This document shows positions 22,943-32,811 of a stretch of 64,000 nt of DNA, one piece after another (positions within the stretch are counted from its first letter, which is position 1; each line of letters begins with the position of its first letter). The notes beneath the pieces are model-generated. The model was not told the origin of the DNA. It saw only the letters and a program-made list of their open reading frames with translations, and did not search any database. Made by a program: the position numbers and the translations under genes. Where the stretch lies: the NCBI GenBank assembly GCA_965263355.1, contig CBDHHL010000032.1, positions 448,001 through 512,000 on the forward strand, given 5' to 3'. Source of the stretch: Leptolyngbyaceae cyanobacterium. Lineage in GTDB: Bacteria > Cyanobacteriota > Cyanobacteriia > Phormidesmidales > Phormidesmidaceae.

Positions 22943-24145
22943 ATGTCCGTTAGTACCGTCACTACCCCTATTTTCGATCCCGTAAACGTCACCCAAGAAC
23001 TTATCCGCTGTCCCAGTGTCACTCCCGACCGAGAAGGGGGCTTAGACGTGGTCCAACGTCACCTGGAATTGTTGGGCTTTACCTGTCACCGCATGACCTT
23101 CCACAATGAGCCAGGTAGTTATGAGGTAGACAACCTCTATGCTCGCCTGGGTACTGAGGGGCCAAATCTAGCCTTTGCGGGGCACACTGATGTAGTGCCT
23201 GAAGGTAATCGTGAGCGCTGGGGAGATATTGACCCCTACAAGGGAGAAATCCGAGACGGTATTTTGTGGGGGCGGGGGACTGTCGATATGAAAGCGGGTA
23301 TCGGCTGCTTTATTGCAGCTGTTTCATCGTGGCTGGCTAAGAACAAAGACAGCTTTGACAGCTTTAAAGGCTCGTTTAGTTTCATTATTACCGGCGATGA
23401 AGAACACGAGGCCATTAACGGGACCAAACCGGTAATGAGATGGTTAGAGGCACGAGGCGAGAAACTAGATGCCTGTGTTGTGGGTGAACCAACTAATCCT
23501 CTGGAAATGGGAGACTGTGTTCACATTGGCCGACGGGGTAGTATCAACACGTTTATTACGGTTAAGGGCAAGCAGGGACATGTGGCCTATCAGCGAAATG
23601 TGCTAAACCCGGTGCCTGCAGCAGTGGCGATGGTAGCTGCCCTGCAGAATCTAACGTTAGATCAGGGCAACGAATGGTTTGAACCGTCGAATCTGGAAAT
23701 GACCCAGTTTGAGACGGCCAAATGTGCGGAAAATGTGATTCCGGCTGAGGTGAAACTGCGGTTCAATATTCGCTTTAATGATGAACAAACGGGCGAAGGG
23801 TTACAACAGTTGATTTGTGAAACCGTTGACCCGATTGCCCGTGACCATGGCACCGAGTACGATATTCGCTTTCGAGTAAGTGGTGAAGCATTTCGTACCG
23901 ATCCACAAGATACTTTTGTAGCCTTGGTACAAGACGCTGTTGAAGAGATTGCTAACCGACGACCCAGGCTAAGCACAGAAGGCGGTATCACCGATGCCCG
24001 GTTTCTGGTTACCCACTGTGTGACTGTCGAGTATGGGCCGTTGGATAACACAATGCATCAGATTGGTGAGCATATTCCCATTGCCCATATTCATGAGCTG
24101 CACCAGGTGTACGAGCGAATTATCGACAAGTTTTTTGCCGATTAA
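22943..24145 (+). CDS. dapE: DapE-like M20 acyl-diaminopimelate deacylase (divergent)
   Basis: CPSVTP, AGHTDVVP, GRG.VDMK, TGDEE, GEPT, GRRGS, QGHVAY, NVIPA, NIRFND. Confidence 0.88.
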   Translation: MSVSTVTTPIFDPVNVTQELIRCPSVTPDREGGLDVVQRHLELLGFTCHRMTFHNEPGSYEVDNLYARLGTEGPNLAFAGHTDVVPEGNRERWGDIDPYKGEIRDGILWGRGTVDMKAGIGCFIAAVSSWLAKNKDSFDSFKGSFSFIITGDEEHEAINGTKPVMRWLEARGEKLDACVVGEPTNPLEMGDCVHIGRRGSINTFITVKGKQGHVAYQRNVLNPVPAAVAMVAALQNLTLDQGNEWFEPSNLEMTQFETAKCAENVIPAEVKLRFNIRFNDEQTGEGLQQLICETVDPIARDHGTEYDIRFRVSGEAFRTDPQDTFVALVQDAVEEIANRRPRLSTEGGITDARFLVTHCVTVEYGPLDNTMHQIGEHIPIAHIHELHQVYERIIDKFFAD

Positions 24146-24215
24146 TTTCTATGGGCACCTTTGGGGGATCAATGCAAAGCGGAACGATTTTCGCAAAAAT
24201 ATAGACTATCGGAGT

Positions 24216-24277
24216 ACTCTGCAAGAAGAACAAAGCTCTACGGAACACTCTGCGAGAAGGGCAAAGCTCTACGGAAT
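24216..24277 (+). repeat. Two tandem 31 bp repeat units
   Basis: ACTCTGCAAGAAGAACAAAGCTCTACGGAAC / ACTCTGCGAGAAGGGCAAAGCTCTACGGAAT. Confidence 0.75.
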
Positions 24278-24594
24278 GCGCGCCCTTTCTAAATTTCGAC
24301 TTTCGAATTCCGAATTCTGACCTGGTTGCCAGCAACTATCCTATGATAGAGAGCAGACTTATTTCCAATTGAGACAACGCTAATGACATTAGCAACGGCT
24401 CCCCAAATTCCCAAAGAAAATCGCCTACTTTTTAACAGCTGTTCTGTTCCTTCTTTGCTGGTACCCATAATATTCACCGACCTGGAAGCTTTATCAGAGT
24501 GAGATCTCACTAGCCAAAAGTCGCATTCTGTAAAGGCTATCCTGACTATTTCACAGTTCTGTTGAATACTTAGGGTATTGTCCAAACCGGAACT

Positions 24595-24930
24595 ATGCGA
24601 CTACTCATCCAACTCATTGGCTTAGCCCTGATGCTGCTAGGCATTTACTACTTAGGTAAGAATATATTCTTTACTACAAACGTTAGCCCCTATTTCTGGC
24701 GTGGCCTTGCAGCTGACGCGTCAATCTTCTTGCTGTGTGCAGGTATTTGTTTGCTGGTATTTATGCCGCTCGGCTTTATGAAACAGTTGGGCTGGATTTT
24801 TGTTGCTGGTGGAATTCTCTGCATTTTTATCAGCAGTCGCGCCATCCTCACTCCTACTAGCCTGTGGCAGTTTTTCGTTGCCACCTCATCTATGGCGTTT
24901 GGGTACCGGTTATTTGCGACTGGGCGCTAG
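24595..24930 (+). CDS. Small hypothetical membrane protein (about 4 TM)
   Basis: ATG start, four hydrophobic segments. Confidence 0.7.
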   Translation: MRLLIQLIGLALMLLGIYYLGKNIFFTTNVSPYFWRGLAADASIFLLCAGICLLVFMPLGFMKQLGWIFVAGGILCIFISSRAILTPTSLWQFFVATSSMAFGYRLFATGR

Positions 24931-25048
24931 TTGTTGACTATTCCCTGACCTTTCCACAACCCTGGAAAATGTGAGCGATAGCGGTTGGTGGGAAGTGAGT
25001 TGGGGACTAGAAAGCTTCTAACAGAAAGCACAAAAATGGCCCCACCCC

Positions 25049-26422
25049 TTAGTTCAAGCTTACAAAAGTCTCCTTATACTTTTTTCCCTTAAATCTCATT
25101 TTTACGCCATTGGCTGGAGCTAGGGTAACACCTCGCCGTTTTGGAGCTTCAGGGGTTTTATCGGCCCACTCTAGCTGATAGCGTGATACCAGTGTCGCCA
25201 AGACCAGCTTCATCTCAAACTGGGCTAAGACTTCACCAATGCATCTGCGGATGCCGCCGCCAAAGGGTAAAAACTCATAGTTAGAAAACTGACGTTCTAA
25301 AAAACGTTCAGGTCTAAACGACTTGGAATCTGGGTATAGGTCAGGACGATGGTGGGTGAGATAAATCGCTCCATATAGTCGGGTACCTGGTTCCAGGTCA
25401 TAGTCCATCAATCGCATCGGTGAGGTTACCTCACGGGGAACCGTTAGCATGGCAATGGGATAAATCCGCAGGGTTTCATTACAGACAGCAGTGAGATAGG
25501 GCAGTTTTGTAATCTCCATCGGGTCAGGTGATGGCCCTAAACTGTTTAGTTCAGCGATTAGGGTTTGGTAAATCTTTGGCTCTGTATAAATCCAATAGAG
25601 TGCCCAAGAGATAGCACTGGCGGTTGTTTCGTGACCCGCTAACAACATGGTCAATAGCTCATCATGGAGTTCAGTATCGTCCATGGGCTGACCCGTTTCA
25701 TCCCGTGTTGCGATCAAAAGGCTGAGGATATCGGTCTTTGTGGTGGTGTCTTGGACACGTCGTTCACTAATCTCAGCCAGCAGTAACTCACTCACCTGGT
25801 GGCGTATATGCTGAAAATGTCCCCATGGACTACGGGGTCCCCAATCAAGGCGCAGGGCTGGAAAAAATAAGGCAGCAGATACCAGGATGTTTTGAAAACA
25901 GTCGGTAAATTCGACGATTAAGGCTTTGAGCAGCTCAAATCGGGGACCATCACTGAGACCAAAGACTACCTTGAGAATGACCTCTAGGGAAATCGTTTGG
26001 GTTAGCGATCGCGCCAAAAATACATCCCCAGGGGACAGGTTTTGCATCGCATTCTCAGTTAGCTCAAGAATTAACTGACCGTATTGGGGAATCTGTTCCC
26101 GATGAAATGGCGGCATCAATAATTTGCGTTCGCGCCGATGCCGGTTGCCCTCTAAGCAAAAGATGGAATAATCCCCAACAACCGGATTGAGCAGTGGATT
26201 CGGCGGAGCCTTAATATTCTCGCCAGAGAACATTTGTTGAATCCCTTTGGGATGACTGACAAACAAAACGGTGTCATAGTTGCCCATCACTGGCGCATTA
26301 AAAAGATCCCCATCTCGTTTAGCCCCCTGTTCAATATAGGCCAATGGATTAATCGTGTAGTGCAACACCTGTAACCAGCGGGGAGCTGTCGAAGCTTGAG
26401 GAATAGACAAATAAGACGCCAT
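25049..26422 (-). CDS. Cytochrome P450 (CYP110-like)
   Basis: AGHETTA, ETLR, PERF, FGGGIRRCIG haem ligand. Confidence 0.95.
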   Translation of the reverse strand: MASYLSIPQASTAPRWLQVLHYTINPLAYIEQGAKRDGDLFNAPVMGNYDTVLFVSHPKGIQQMFSGENIKAPPNPLLNPVVGDYSIFCLEGNRHRRERKLLMPPFHREQIPQYGQLILELTENAMQNLSPGDVFLARSLTQTISLEVILKVVFGLSDGPRFELLKALIVEFTDCFQNILVSAALFFPALRLDWGPRSPWGHFQHIRHQVSELLLAEISERRVQDTTTKTDILSLLIATRDETGQPMDDTELHDELLTMLLAGHETTASAISWALYWIYTEPKIYQTLIAELNSLGPSPDPMEITKLPYLTAVCNETLRIYPIAMLTVPREVTSPMRLMDYDLEPGTRLYGAIYLTHHRPDLYPDSKSFRPERFLERQFSNYEFLPFGGGIRRCIGEVLAQFEMKLVLATLVSRYQLEWADKTPEAPKRRGVTLAPANGVKMRFKGKKYKETFVSLN

Positions 26423-26497
26423 AATGCAGGTTCAAACCACTCGCTAATACTTATGTTTAGTTGCTTGCGCTCGTAACATAGTATACCAGTATTAGTT

Positions 26498-27679
26498 TTA
26501 TGATTCCGATAAGCGCTTAACCTTGGCACCGGCCAGGCGTTTATGGATTTCAGCCAGGCGTTGGGGGATGACATCCTGGTGGGGACTGTGCTGTAGACAG
26601 CGGTTAAGGTCCAATGATTGTAGATTATCGGCCTGAGAGCCGGGAAACCAATGGCTAGCACCGCCTAGCAGGTTATAGCGGGCAGCGGCATATTCGGTCA
26701 TATCAAATGCATCCATTAGGTTGCCAAGCCACAGGATTATGGGGATATTTAAGTTGCCAGGGGTATTGTCTGGTTTGGGGAGACCCACATCCCAGGTTTT
26801 ATACCAGGTTTCGCCCAGGGTTGCGATCGCACTCTCTTCCAACCGTTTCAGAATCGGTGTTAGCACCTCATCCGCCTGATCGAGCAGAGGCAGTACGTTC
26901 ATATGCTCATCAAAGTCGCTTGGTTTAGCTGCCCCCAGGCTCAACGTATGCACCTGGCGATGACTCAAACAAAATAGGTCATTAAATACCATGGGGCTGA
27001 GCGGTGCGCACAAATCCACTAGCTTTTGGGGTGGGGCATACAGGTGACCGCCTTTATCCGAGGGGCTAATGATAAACACACCGATATCTTGTTGTTGGGC
27101 CGCTTCAATTGCAGGCCAGTTATTTTGAAAAATGTAGTACCAGTGTAGGTTCATGTAGTCGAACTGACCGGTATTCACCGTATCGACAATCACATCTGTG
27201 GGGCCATGGGTGGAAAAGCCCACGTAGCGCACTCGGCCCTGCTTTTGCAGGTCGCGTACCACATCCATACAGCCACCGGGACGCAGGGTCCAATCCAATA
27301 GCCCATGGGTGTTGATGCCATGGATACCCAGCAGATCCACATAGTCCATTTGTAGGTTTTTTATGGACTTATTGAAGGTGGCCAGAAATTCCTTGGGGTC
27401 TTCGCGGGGGGTGACTTTGGTTTGAACGATGATGCGATCGCGATCAAACGTTGGCAAAACCTTACCCAGCTGTATTTCAGATGTGCCATAACCACGGGCC
27501 GTTTCAATATGGTTGATACCCAGCTCAACCGCCCGTTTAATAGTAGCGTCTAAATTTTCCTGATTTTTAGCCGGAATTTGCCACTGCGGTATATCTTTCC
27601 AGGAGTGCTGGTACCGCATGCCACCGCAGGAAAATACCGGCATTTGTAATTCTGTGCGTCCAAATCGACGATATTGCAT
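26498..27679 (-). CDS. Aldo/keto reductase family protein
   Basis: MQYRRFGRTEL, GINHIETARGYG.SE, QTK, YVDLLGIHG, VGFSTH. Confidence 0.9.
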   Translation of the reverse strand: MQYRRFGRTELQMPVFSCGGMRYQHSWKDIPQWQIPAKNQENLDATIKRAVELGINHIETARGYGTSEIQLGKVLPTFDRDRIIVQTKVTPREDPKEFLATFNKSIKNLQMDYVDLLGIHGINTHGLLDWTLRPGGCMDVVRDLQKQGRVRYVGFSTHGPTDVIVDTVNTGQFDYMNLHWYYIFQNNWPAIEAAQQQDIGVFIISPSDKGGHLYAPPQKLVDLCAPLSPMVFNDLFCLSHRQVHTLSLGAAKPSDFDEHMNVLPLLDQADEVLTPILKRLEESAIATLGETWYKTWDVGLPKPDNTPGNLNIPIILWLGNLMDAFDMTEYAAARYNLLGGASHWFPGSQADNLQSLDLNRCLQHSPHQDVIPQRLAEIHKRLAGAKVKRLSES

Positions 27680-27768
27680 TCGCTGACTAAGAATGTATTT
27701 CTTGATTAGTATGCAAGATCTAAATCAATTCTGCTGTTGATGTAACGAATAACCTTGCAGGGCATAAC

Positions 27769-27794
27769 GGGCACCCACAAGGGGATGCCCCTAC
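27769..27794 (-). repeat. GTAG-type REP-like palindrome
   Basis: Reverse complement GTAGGGGCATCCCCTTGTGGGTGCCC, matching 18768. Confidence 0.65.
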
Positions 27795-27846
27795 ATACCC
27801 CAATCATTTAATCGAAAATTGTTTGGGGTTAAAAATTCAAACCAAT

Positions 27847-28554
27847 CTACATGGTGCGAACCGACGCCTTGCCATCAATTACCTCACCAATCAACACTTC
27901 ATCGGCCAGACCAACAAACAACCCATTCTCCAAAACACCTGGAATGTTGTTAACGGTCTTCTCCATCTCAGTGGGGTTATCAATGCTAGTAAACTTGACA
28001 TCCAGCACCATATTCCCCTGATCCGTAATCACTGGACCATCCTTATTCACACCCATGCGTAACTCAGGTGTACCTCCTAACGCTTCTAACGCCCGCGTAA
28101 CCGGCGCGACTGCCATCGGCAAAACCTCCACTGGCAGCGCAAAGGTGGAACCCAGCTTGTCAACGAGCTTAGAGCTGTCAACAACAACCACAAAGCGCTC
28201 GGCCAGACCATCCACAACTTTCTCACGAGTGTGGGCTGCTCCACCCCCCTTGATCAAATTTTGCTGAGGATCTACCTCATCGGCCCCGTCAATGGCAATG
28301 TCGATGCGAGGGGCTTCATCTAGCGTGGTTAGTGGAATACCGTGCTTTTTAGCCAGTACTGATGCCTGGAATGACGTGGGAATACCAACGATGTCAGTAA
28401 TTTCGCCAGCGGCCAGACGTTCGCCAATAAACTGAATGGCAAACGCGGTGGTAGAACCCGTGCCCAGACCCACAATTGAGCCGGATTTTACCTGGGCAGC
28501 GGCGGCGCGACCCACTTCTTGCTTCATTAACTTAACCGGGTCCATATCTCCCAT
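27847..28554 (-). CDS. rpiA: Ribose-5-phosphate isomerase A
   Basis: [37 protein letters not shown]. Confidence 0.97.
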   Translation of the reverse strand: MGDMDPVKLMKQEVGRAAAAQVKSGSIVGLGTGSTTAFAIQFIGERLAAGEITDIVGIPTSFQASVLAKKHGIPLTTLDEAPRIDIAIDGADEVDPQQNLIKGGGAAHTREKVVDGLAERFVVVVDSSKLVDKLGSTFALPVEVLPMAVAPVTRALEALGGTPELRMGVNKDGPVITDQGNMVLDVKFTSIDNPTEMEKTVNNIPGVLENGLFVGLADEVLIGEVIDGKASVRTM

Positions 28555-28730
28555 GGGGTCGATAACTCCTGTAATTGTCTTAAAAGTAGCGTGCTAAACC
28601 GTGATCTAAACCAAGGTCTAAAGGACTAATGCAGTCAAAACGGACGTATTAATCATTCAATCAGCAACTACTAATCTTCGGTATCTAGCATGACGGAAAT
28701 TGGGTCGGCTGCATAGCCAGGAAATGAGTA

Positions 28731-28881
28731 TAAACTTTGTTCACCTCCAGAACTGGTGTTTTTCCATAGAAGAACCGATAGGTTTCAACTTGGACGTAGG
28801 TATAAACCATCTCCACATCCAGGACGGTCGTTTATTCGTATCTATAGAAGAACCGACAGGTTTCAATTTGGACGTGGTTTA
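28731..28881 (+). repeat. Two tandem copies of MITE-like family A (28731-28802, 28803-28881)
   Basis: Each reads TAAAC...CAC.TCCAG...ATAGAAGAACCGA.AGGTTTCAA.TTGGACGT.G.T(T)A. Confidence 0.8.
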
Positions 28882-29152
28882 TAAAAATCCATTAGTTAGG
28901 GTGGATCAACCGGTAAATGTATATGTACAAACCAGCAAAGTTAGTGGCATATACTGACCAAATTGTCTGGAATTATACGCCAGACAGTTTCAGACATTGG
29001 TGCAGATAGAAGCCTGGGACTCTGATTCTACCGTTTATAAATGTCTGTAGTTTAGAGTATCAGACATTTACTGCCCCTAGGCTGTAGTCAGACTCCATGC
29101 GGAGTCACGTTATCTTCTATGTAGTTGCCCCTACACACTTAGGAGTAGCATT

Positions 29153-30481
29153 ATGAATTTTTTACCTCGACCCCTATCCCTCCGATCATTACGGTGGCTG
29201 ATGGCTCCCCTAGCCTGTTTACCAATGATGATGCCATCACCTACCCTGGCTCAGGAACTTACCCTGAGTGAAAAAGTTCTGAATATGGAACTTAGGCTAG
29301 AGTCAGAGTATGAAACTTATTTTGGTGAAGACCTGGCTGATGTCACCCAGTCGCCCGAAGAGATTGCAACCACATTGGCTCGCATTGGTGAAGAAACAAA
29401 TACTACACCTGCTGTTATGTGGGCAATTCCGCGCGAGGATCATTTACATCTTGTGTTGATCATGCCCAATGGTGAACCGATTGTGCGGGATTTGTACGAT
29501 GTTCCTCGGGATCTCTTAGAAAAGACAACTGAGCAATTTCATCGCTACATTAGCCGCCCGTCTGGCAATGCTTACATGCCAGCTGCGCGCAAACTGTACG
29601 ATTGGCTGATTGGTACCTACGAAGAAGAGTTTTTAGTCCCCGCTGGCGTTGATACGTTATTGGTCTGTGCGGGGGATGGTCTTAGGGGAGTGGCCCTACC
29701 AGCCCTCCACGATGGAGAACAGTTTTTAGTTGAAAAGTACAGTACGACTAGCATTCCAGCGTTTAACCTAATCGATACAGACTATGAACCGATTGAACCA
29801 GGTAATCTCCTGGCCATGGGGGCATCTGAGTTTTCGGATCTAACGCCGTTGCCGGCTGTTCCTGTGGAGCTGTCGAGTATTGCTTGGCAGTTGAGAACGG
29901 CTGAAGGGAGCGATCGCAACTGGCAAGGCCGGTCTTTGCTCAACCAAAGCTTCACCATGGAGAACTTCAATACTCTGTTAAGCCGCCAATCCTATGACAT
30001 TGTTCACCTGGCTACCCATGCTGAATTTAAGCCAGGCAAACCAGAAAACTCTTACATTCAGCTATGGGACCAGCGACTGACCCTAGAACAGATGAATAAT
30101 TTGAACTGGCAGCTACCCGAGTTGGAATTGTTGGTACTGAGCGCCTGTGAAACAGCCGTGGGGGATAGCGACGCGGAGATGGGCTTTGCTGGATTAGCCC
30201 TTAGAGCGGGTGTTAAATCAGCTGTTGCCAGTCTATGGGATGTAAGCGATGTGGGCACCCTGGCCCTGATGAGCGAGTTTTATCACCAACTTCCGCAGTC
30301 AGCAACTAAGGCAGAGGCCCTGCGTCAGGCCCAGCTTAACCTGCTCCAAGATACAGCTAAAACAGTTGATATCAGCAGATTGCAGAAGTCGATAGGAACT
30401 GCTGATACAGCCCAAGCTAATACATCCCTATCCCACCCGTTTTACTGGGCTGGTTTTTCAATGATTAGCAGCCCTTGGTAA
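29153..30481 (+). CDS. CHAT-domain protein with N-terminal signal peptide
   Basis: ALHDGEQFLVEKY, HLATHAEF, LSACETAVG, ASLWDVSD, HPFYWAGF; AGGAG RBS. Confidence 0.9.
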   Translation: MNFLPRPLSLRSLRWLMAPLACLPMMMPSPTLAQELTLSEKVLNMELRLESEYETYFGEDLADVTQSPEEIATTLARIGEETNTTPAVMWAIPREDHLHLVLIMPNGEPIVRDLYDVPRDLLEKTTEQFHRYISRPSGNAYMPAARKLYDWLIGTYEEEFLVPAGVDTLLVCAGDGLRGVALPALHDGEQFLVEKYSTTSIPAFNLIDTDYEPIEPGNLLAMGASEFSDLTPLPAVPVELSSIAWQLRTAEGSDRNWQGRSLLNQSFTMENFNTLLSRQSYDIVHLATHAEFKPGKPENSYIQLWDQRLTLEQMNNLNWQLPELELLVLSACETAVGDSDAEMGFAGLALRAGVKSAVASLWDVSDVGTLALMSEFYHQLPQSATKAEALRQAQLNLLQDTAKTVDISRLQKSIGTADTAQANTSLSHPFYWAGFSMISSPW

Positions 30482-30615
30482 GCCGAGAAATAGGGTACAG
30501 TCAGGCACTCAAATGATACGGTCACATAGTGATTAATCGCTAGATGCCATAAGCAAGCCCTAATTGCTGGTATTCCCCTAGTCTTAGGCTATTGCTTGTG
30601 TCGAGTAATTGTGAA

Positions 30616-30653
30616 TGACGGATAAGATTCAGAATTTTGGATTCTATCCGTCA
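30616..30653. terminator. Inverted repeat, possible terminator downstream of the CHAT gene; followed by a 15 bp tandem duplication (30656-30685)
   Basis: TGACGGATA...TATCCGTCA; then TCTGACACTGAATAT twice. Confidence 0.4.
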
Positions 30654-30911
30654 GATCTGACACTGAATATTCTGACACTGAATATATGGTTAGGCGGCGA
30701 GGCGGCGATCATAGAGCTGTAGCCCTCGCTAAGGCAAGAACGCATTCAGCAAAATTTAAACCCATGGGCGGAGCAATTTTTACTAAATACAAGTCGACGA
30801 TAGCACCATGTCTAACGTATAAACGGATAAAGTCTACCAAATGGTTAGTCCTCGATCTCGTCACTGCTTGATATTGTGAAATGCTCTGTAAATTCTGTCA
30901 CTGTAAGTTGA

Positions 30912-31802
30912 ATGGAAAACACCCTCAAAAATAAGCCCGTTCCATCTCAAAGTCTTCTGGGGGGCTATTTTCAATTTTTGCGGACGCCAAATCTTATGGA
31001 AGCGCCTACGAATCTGGGCTTTAATCAAATTCGCAACCATATTCTGCGATTGTATACCCCTCATCTACTAGTCATCTTGTTAATCGGGACAGTGATCACT
31101 CAGGCGATAACGGAGACAGATAATATTCTCCTTGAGGATATCTTATCAGAGCTGTCTGCCTGGTTGATTCTCTTTTTGTTGGTGGTGATGGCCCCCGTTG
31201 TGGAAGAGATTATTTTTCGGTTACCGCTAAGGCCGATTGCACTTAGTCTTTCTATTCCAATTTCGATTGCGATTATCTATCTCTTAGGTCTCTTCAGGAT
31301 AAATCCAGCGATTTCATCTGTTGTTGGGTTTATGCTGTTGGGGTTTAATATTTACCTTGCTACAAGGCATCTCAAAATTCCCCGATTACAACAGTTCTAT
31401 ACGAGATTTCCCCGACCGATTTTCTACCTATCGGCCATTTTGTTTGGTGCTATCCACATTGGTAACTACAATAGTCGGGTGTGGGCATTGATGCCTCTAT
31501 TGGTTCTACCCCAATGTGTATTGGGTCTTTTGCTAGGGTTTGTGCGGGTACGATACGGGCTTGGTTGGGCGATTTTTACCCATGCGTTTCATAATGGCTG
31601 TGTGATGGCACCATTTATAGTGATGCTGGGGTTGGGGTCGTCGGAGTTGCGATCGCAAATGGGGCAAAACATGGACTTTGAAGCTCTCACCTTGCTCGAT
31701 AAGCTACTGACTGTTGGTCTGGGATTCTATTTTATCGGTGGGTTGGTACTTTGCGTTATAACGGCTTGGAACGTGATTCGAGAATGGCAGTCTGCTTCAT
31801 AA
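30912..31802 (+). CDS. CPBP/Abi (CAAX-like) intramembrane protease
   Basis: APVVEEIIFR, FGAIH, HAFHN motifs. Confidence 0.88.
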   Translation: MENTLKNKPVPSQSLLGGYFQFLRTPNLMEAPTNLGFNQIRNHILRLYTPHLLVILLIGTVITQAITETDNILLEDILSELSAWLILFLLVVMAPVVEEIIFRLPLRPIALSLSIPISIAIIYLLGLFRINPAISSVVGFMLLGFNIYLATRHLKIPRLQQFYTRFPRPIFYLSAILFGAIHIGNYNSRVWALMPLLVLPQCVLGLLLGFVRVRYGLGWAIFTHAFHNGCVMAPFIVMLGLGSSELRSQMGQNMDFEALTLLDKLLTVGLGFYFIGGLVLCVITAWNVIREWQSAS

Positions 31803-32068
31803 ATTATGATTATGTCACCACAGAACCCAAGGCTTTCTAGCAGGCTATGGCCACATTAAAAAGTCATTTAATTTTAATAGGGAGAATGATAAAAGTACCG
31901 AAAAGATGTTGGACCATAATCGGATTGGGCGTTACTTTGTTTGGGTCTGGCATCACGGCTGTGTTTGCAAAAATGCTCGAATTGCACCCACTGAGATTTC
32001 CCCTAAGCGTATTATCCTTACTGACTTTCATTTTTGTTGTAGTATTTATCATGATTTCAACCAGGTCA

Positions 32069-32147
32069 TTATGCGGGTTCAGTTGTTAGTGCACATACGA
32101 TCAAAAATCACTTGCTAGTATTCTAGAGGTTTATTGTGGCGGTCATA
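32069..32147 (+). repeat. ~78 bp imperfect direct repeat, copy 1
   Basis: GTTCAGTTGTTAGTGCACATACGATCAAAAATCACTTGCTAGTATTCTAGAGGTTTATTG; copy 2 at 34229. Confidence 0.85.
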
Positions 32148-32175
32148 CTTAGGGTTCAGTGGGGAGGTGAGGTCA

Positions 32176-32811
32176 GTGGATAAAGTATTTGTAAAAACCT
32201 TTTTAAAGCTTTGTTTAGATCAGCAAATTCAACAGATGCTTGATAAATCTTACAAGAACTATCATGTCAAGGGCTTCAATAGCATTATTCTCTCTTGTTC
32301 ACAGAACTTAACTGTAAGATTGTATGTTTGTCAGCCAGGTGAAACAGAGTTAAATCCAAACAACGATAACATTTTAGTCCATAATCACAGTTTTGATTTT
32401 CAAACCCAGGTTTTGACGGGGTATGTAGACAATGCTGTTTATGAAACATCCGACTTCGCAACAAAAGAAGGGATTTGGCATAAATATATCTATGAAAGTG
32501 CATTGAGAAGCAAAAAGCGAGAAATGAAGCTGACGTTCATTGAACAGACTAATTTAGAGCTGGTTGAAATTCAGCGAGTTGAGGCAGGATCATCCTATTT
32601 CTTAAATCATAAAAAATTTCATCGTATTTTTGTTCCTAATGATCGTTTGGTCTCCATGCTGTTTTGGCAGCATCAAAAAGTTGAGCAAACCCCTATCATC
32701 TTTAGCAAAATCCCACAGCCAGAAATTTTTCCAACAGACGGACTCTATCATCGTTTTTCTGGAGAAAACGAAATTCGTGATTTAGTTCATTTAATAATTG
32801 AGAGCTTGTAA
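32176..32811 (+). CDS. Hypothetical protein with cupin/cysteine-dioxygenase-like His motifs
   Basis: VHNHSFDFQTQVLTG ... GSSYFL...FHRI; GTG start after GAGG; stop overlaps the next ATG (TAATG). Confidence 0.65.
   Translation: MDKVFVKTFLKLCLDQQIQQMLDKSYKNYHVKGFNSIILSCSQNLTVRLYVCQPGETELNPNNDNILVHNHSFDFQTQVLTGYVDNAVYETSDFATKEGIWHKYIYESALRSKKREMKLTFIEQTNLELVEIQRVEAGSSYFLNHKKFHRIFVPNDRLVSMLFWQHQKVEQTPIIFSKIPQPEIFPTDGLYHRFSGENEIRDLVHLIIESL

Noticed and set aside
20958..24145. Apparent absence of HIP1 (GCGATCGC) as evidence of horizontal transfer
   Set aside because: HIP1 density in the window is too low for absence over 3 kb to be meaningful, and my count was by eye.
24216..24320. 31 bp tandem repeat and TTCGAA-like heptamers as a CRISPR array
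   Set aside because: Only two abutting units with no spacer; looks like ordinary cyanobacterial short repeats.
28700..28957. 85 aa ORF with an internal repeat; possible mini-CRISPR
   Set aside because: Explained by two abutting copies of the dispersed TA-flanked element; there are no unique spacers and no cas genes.
31847..32089. 80 aa hydrophobic ORF
   Set aside because: Could be a small membrane protein or a cassette remnant, but has no recognisable motif and runs into the direct repeat.
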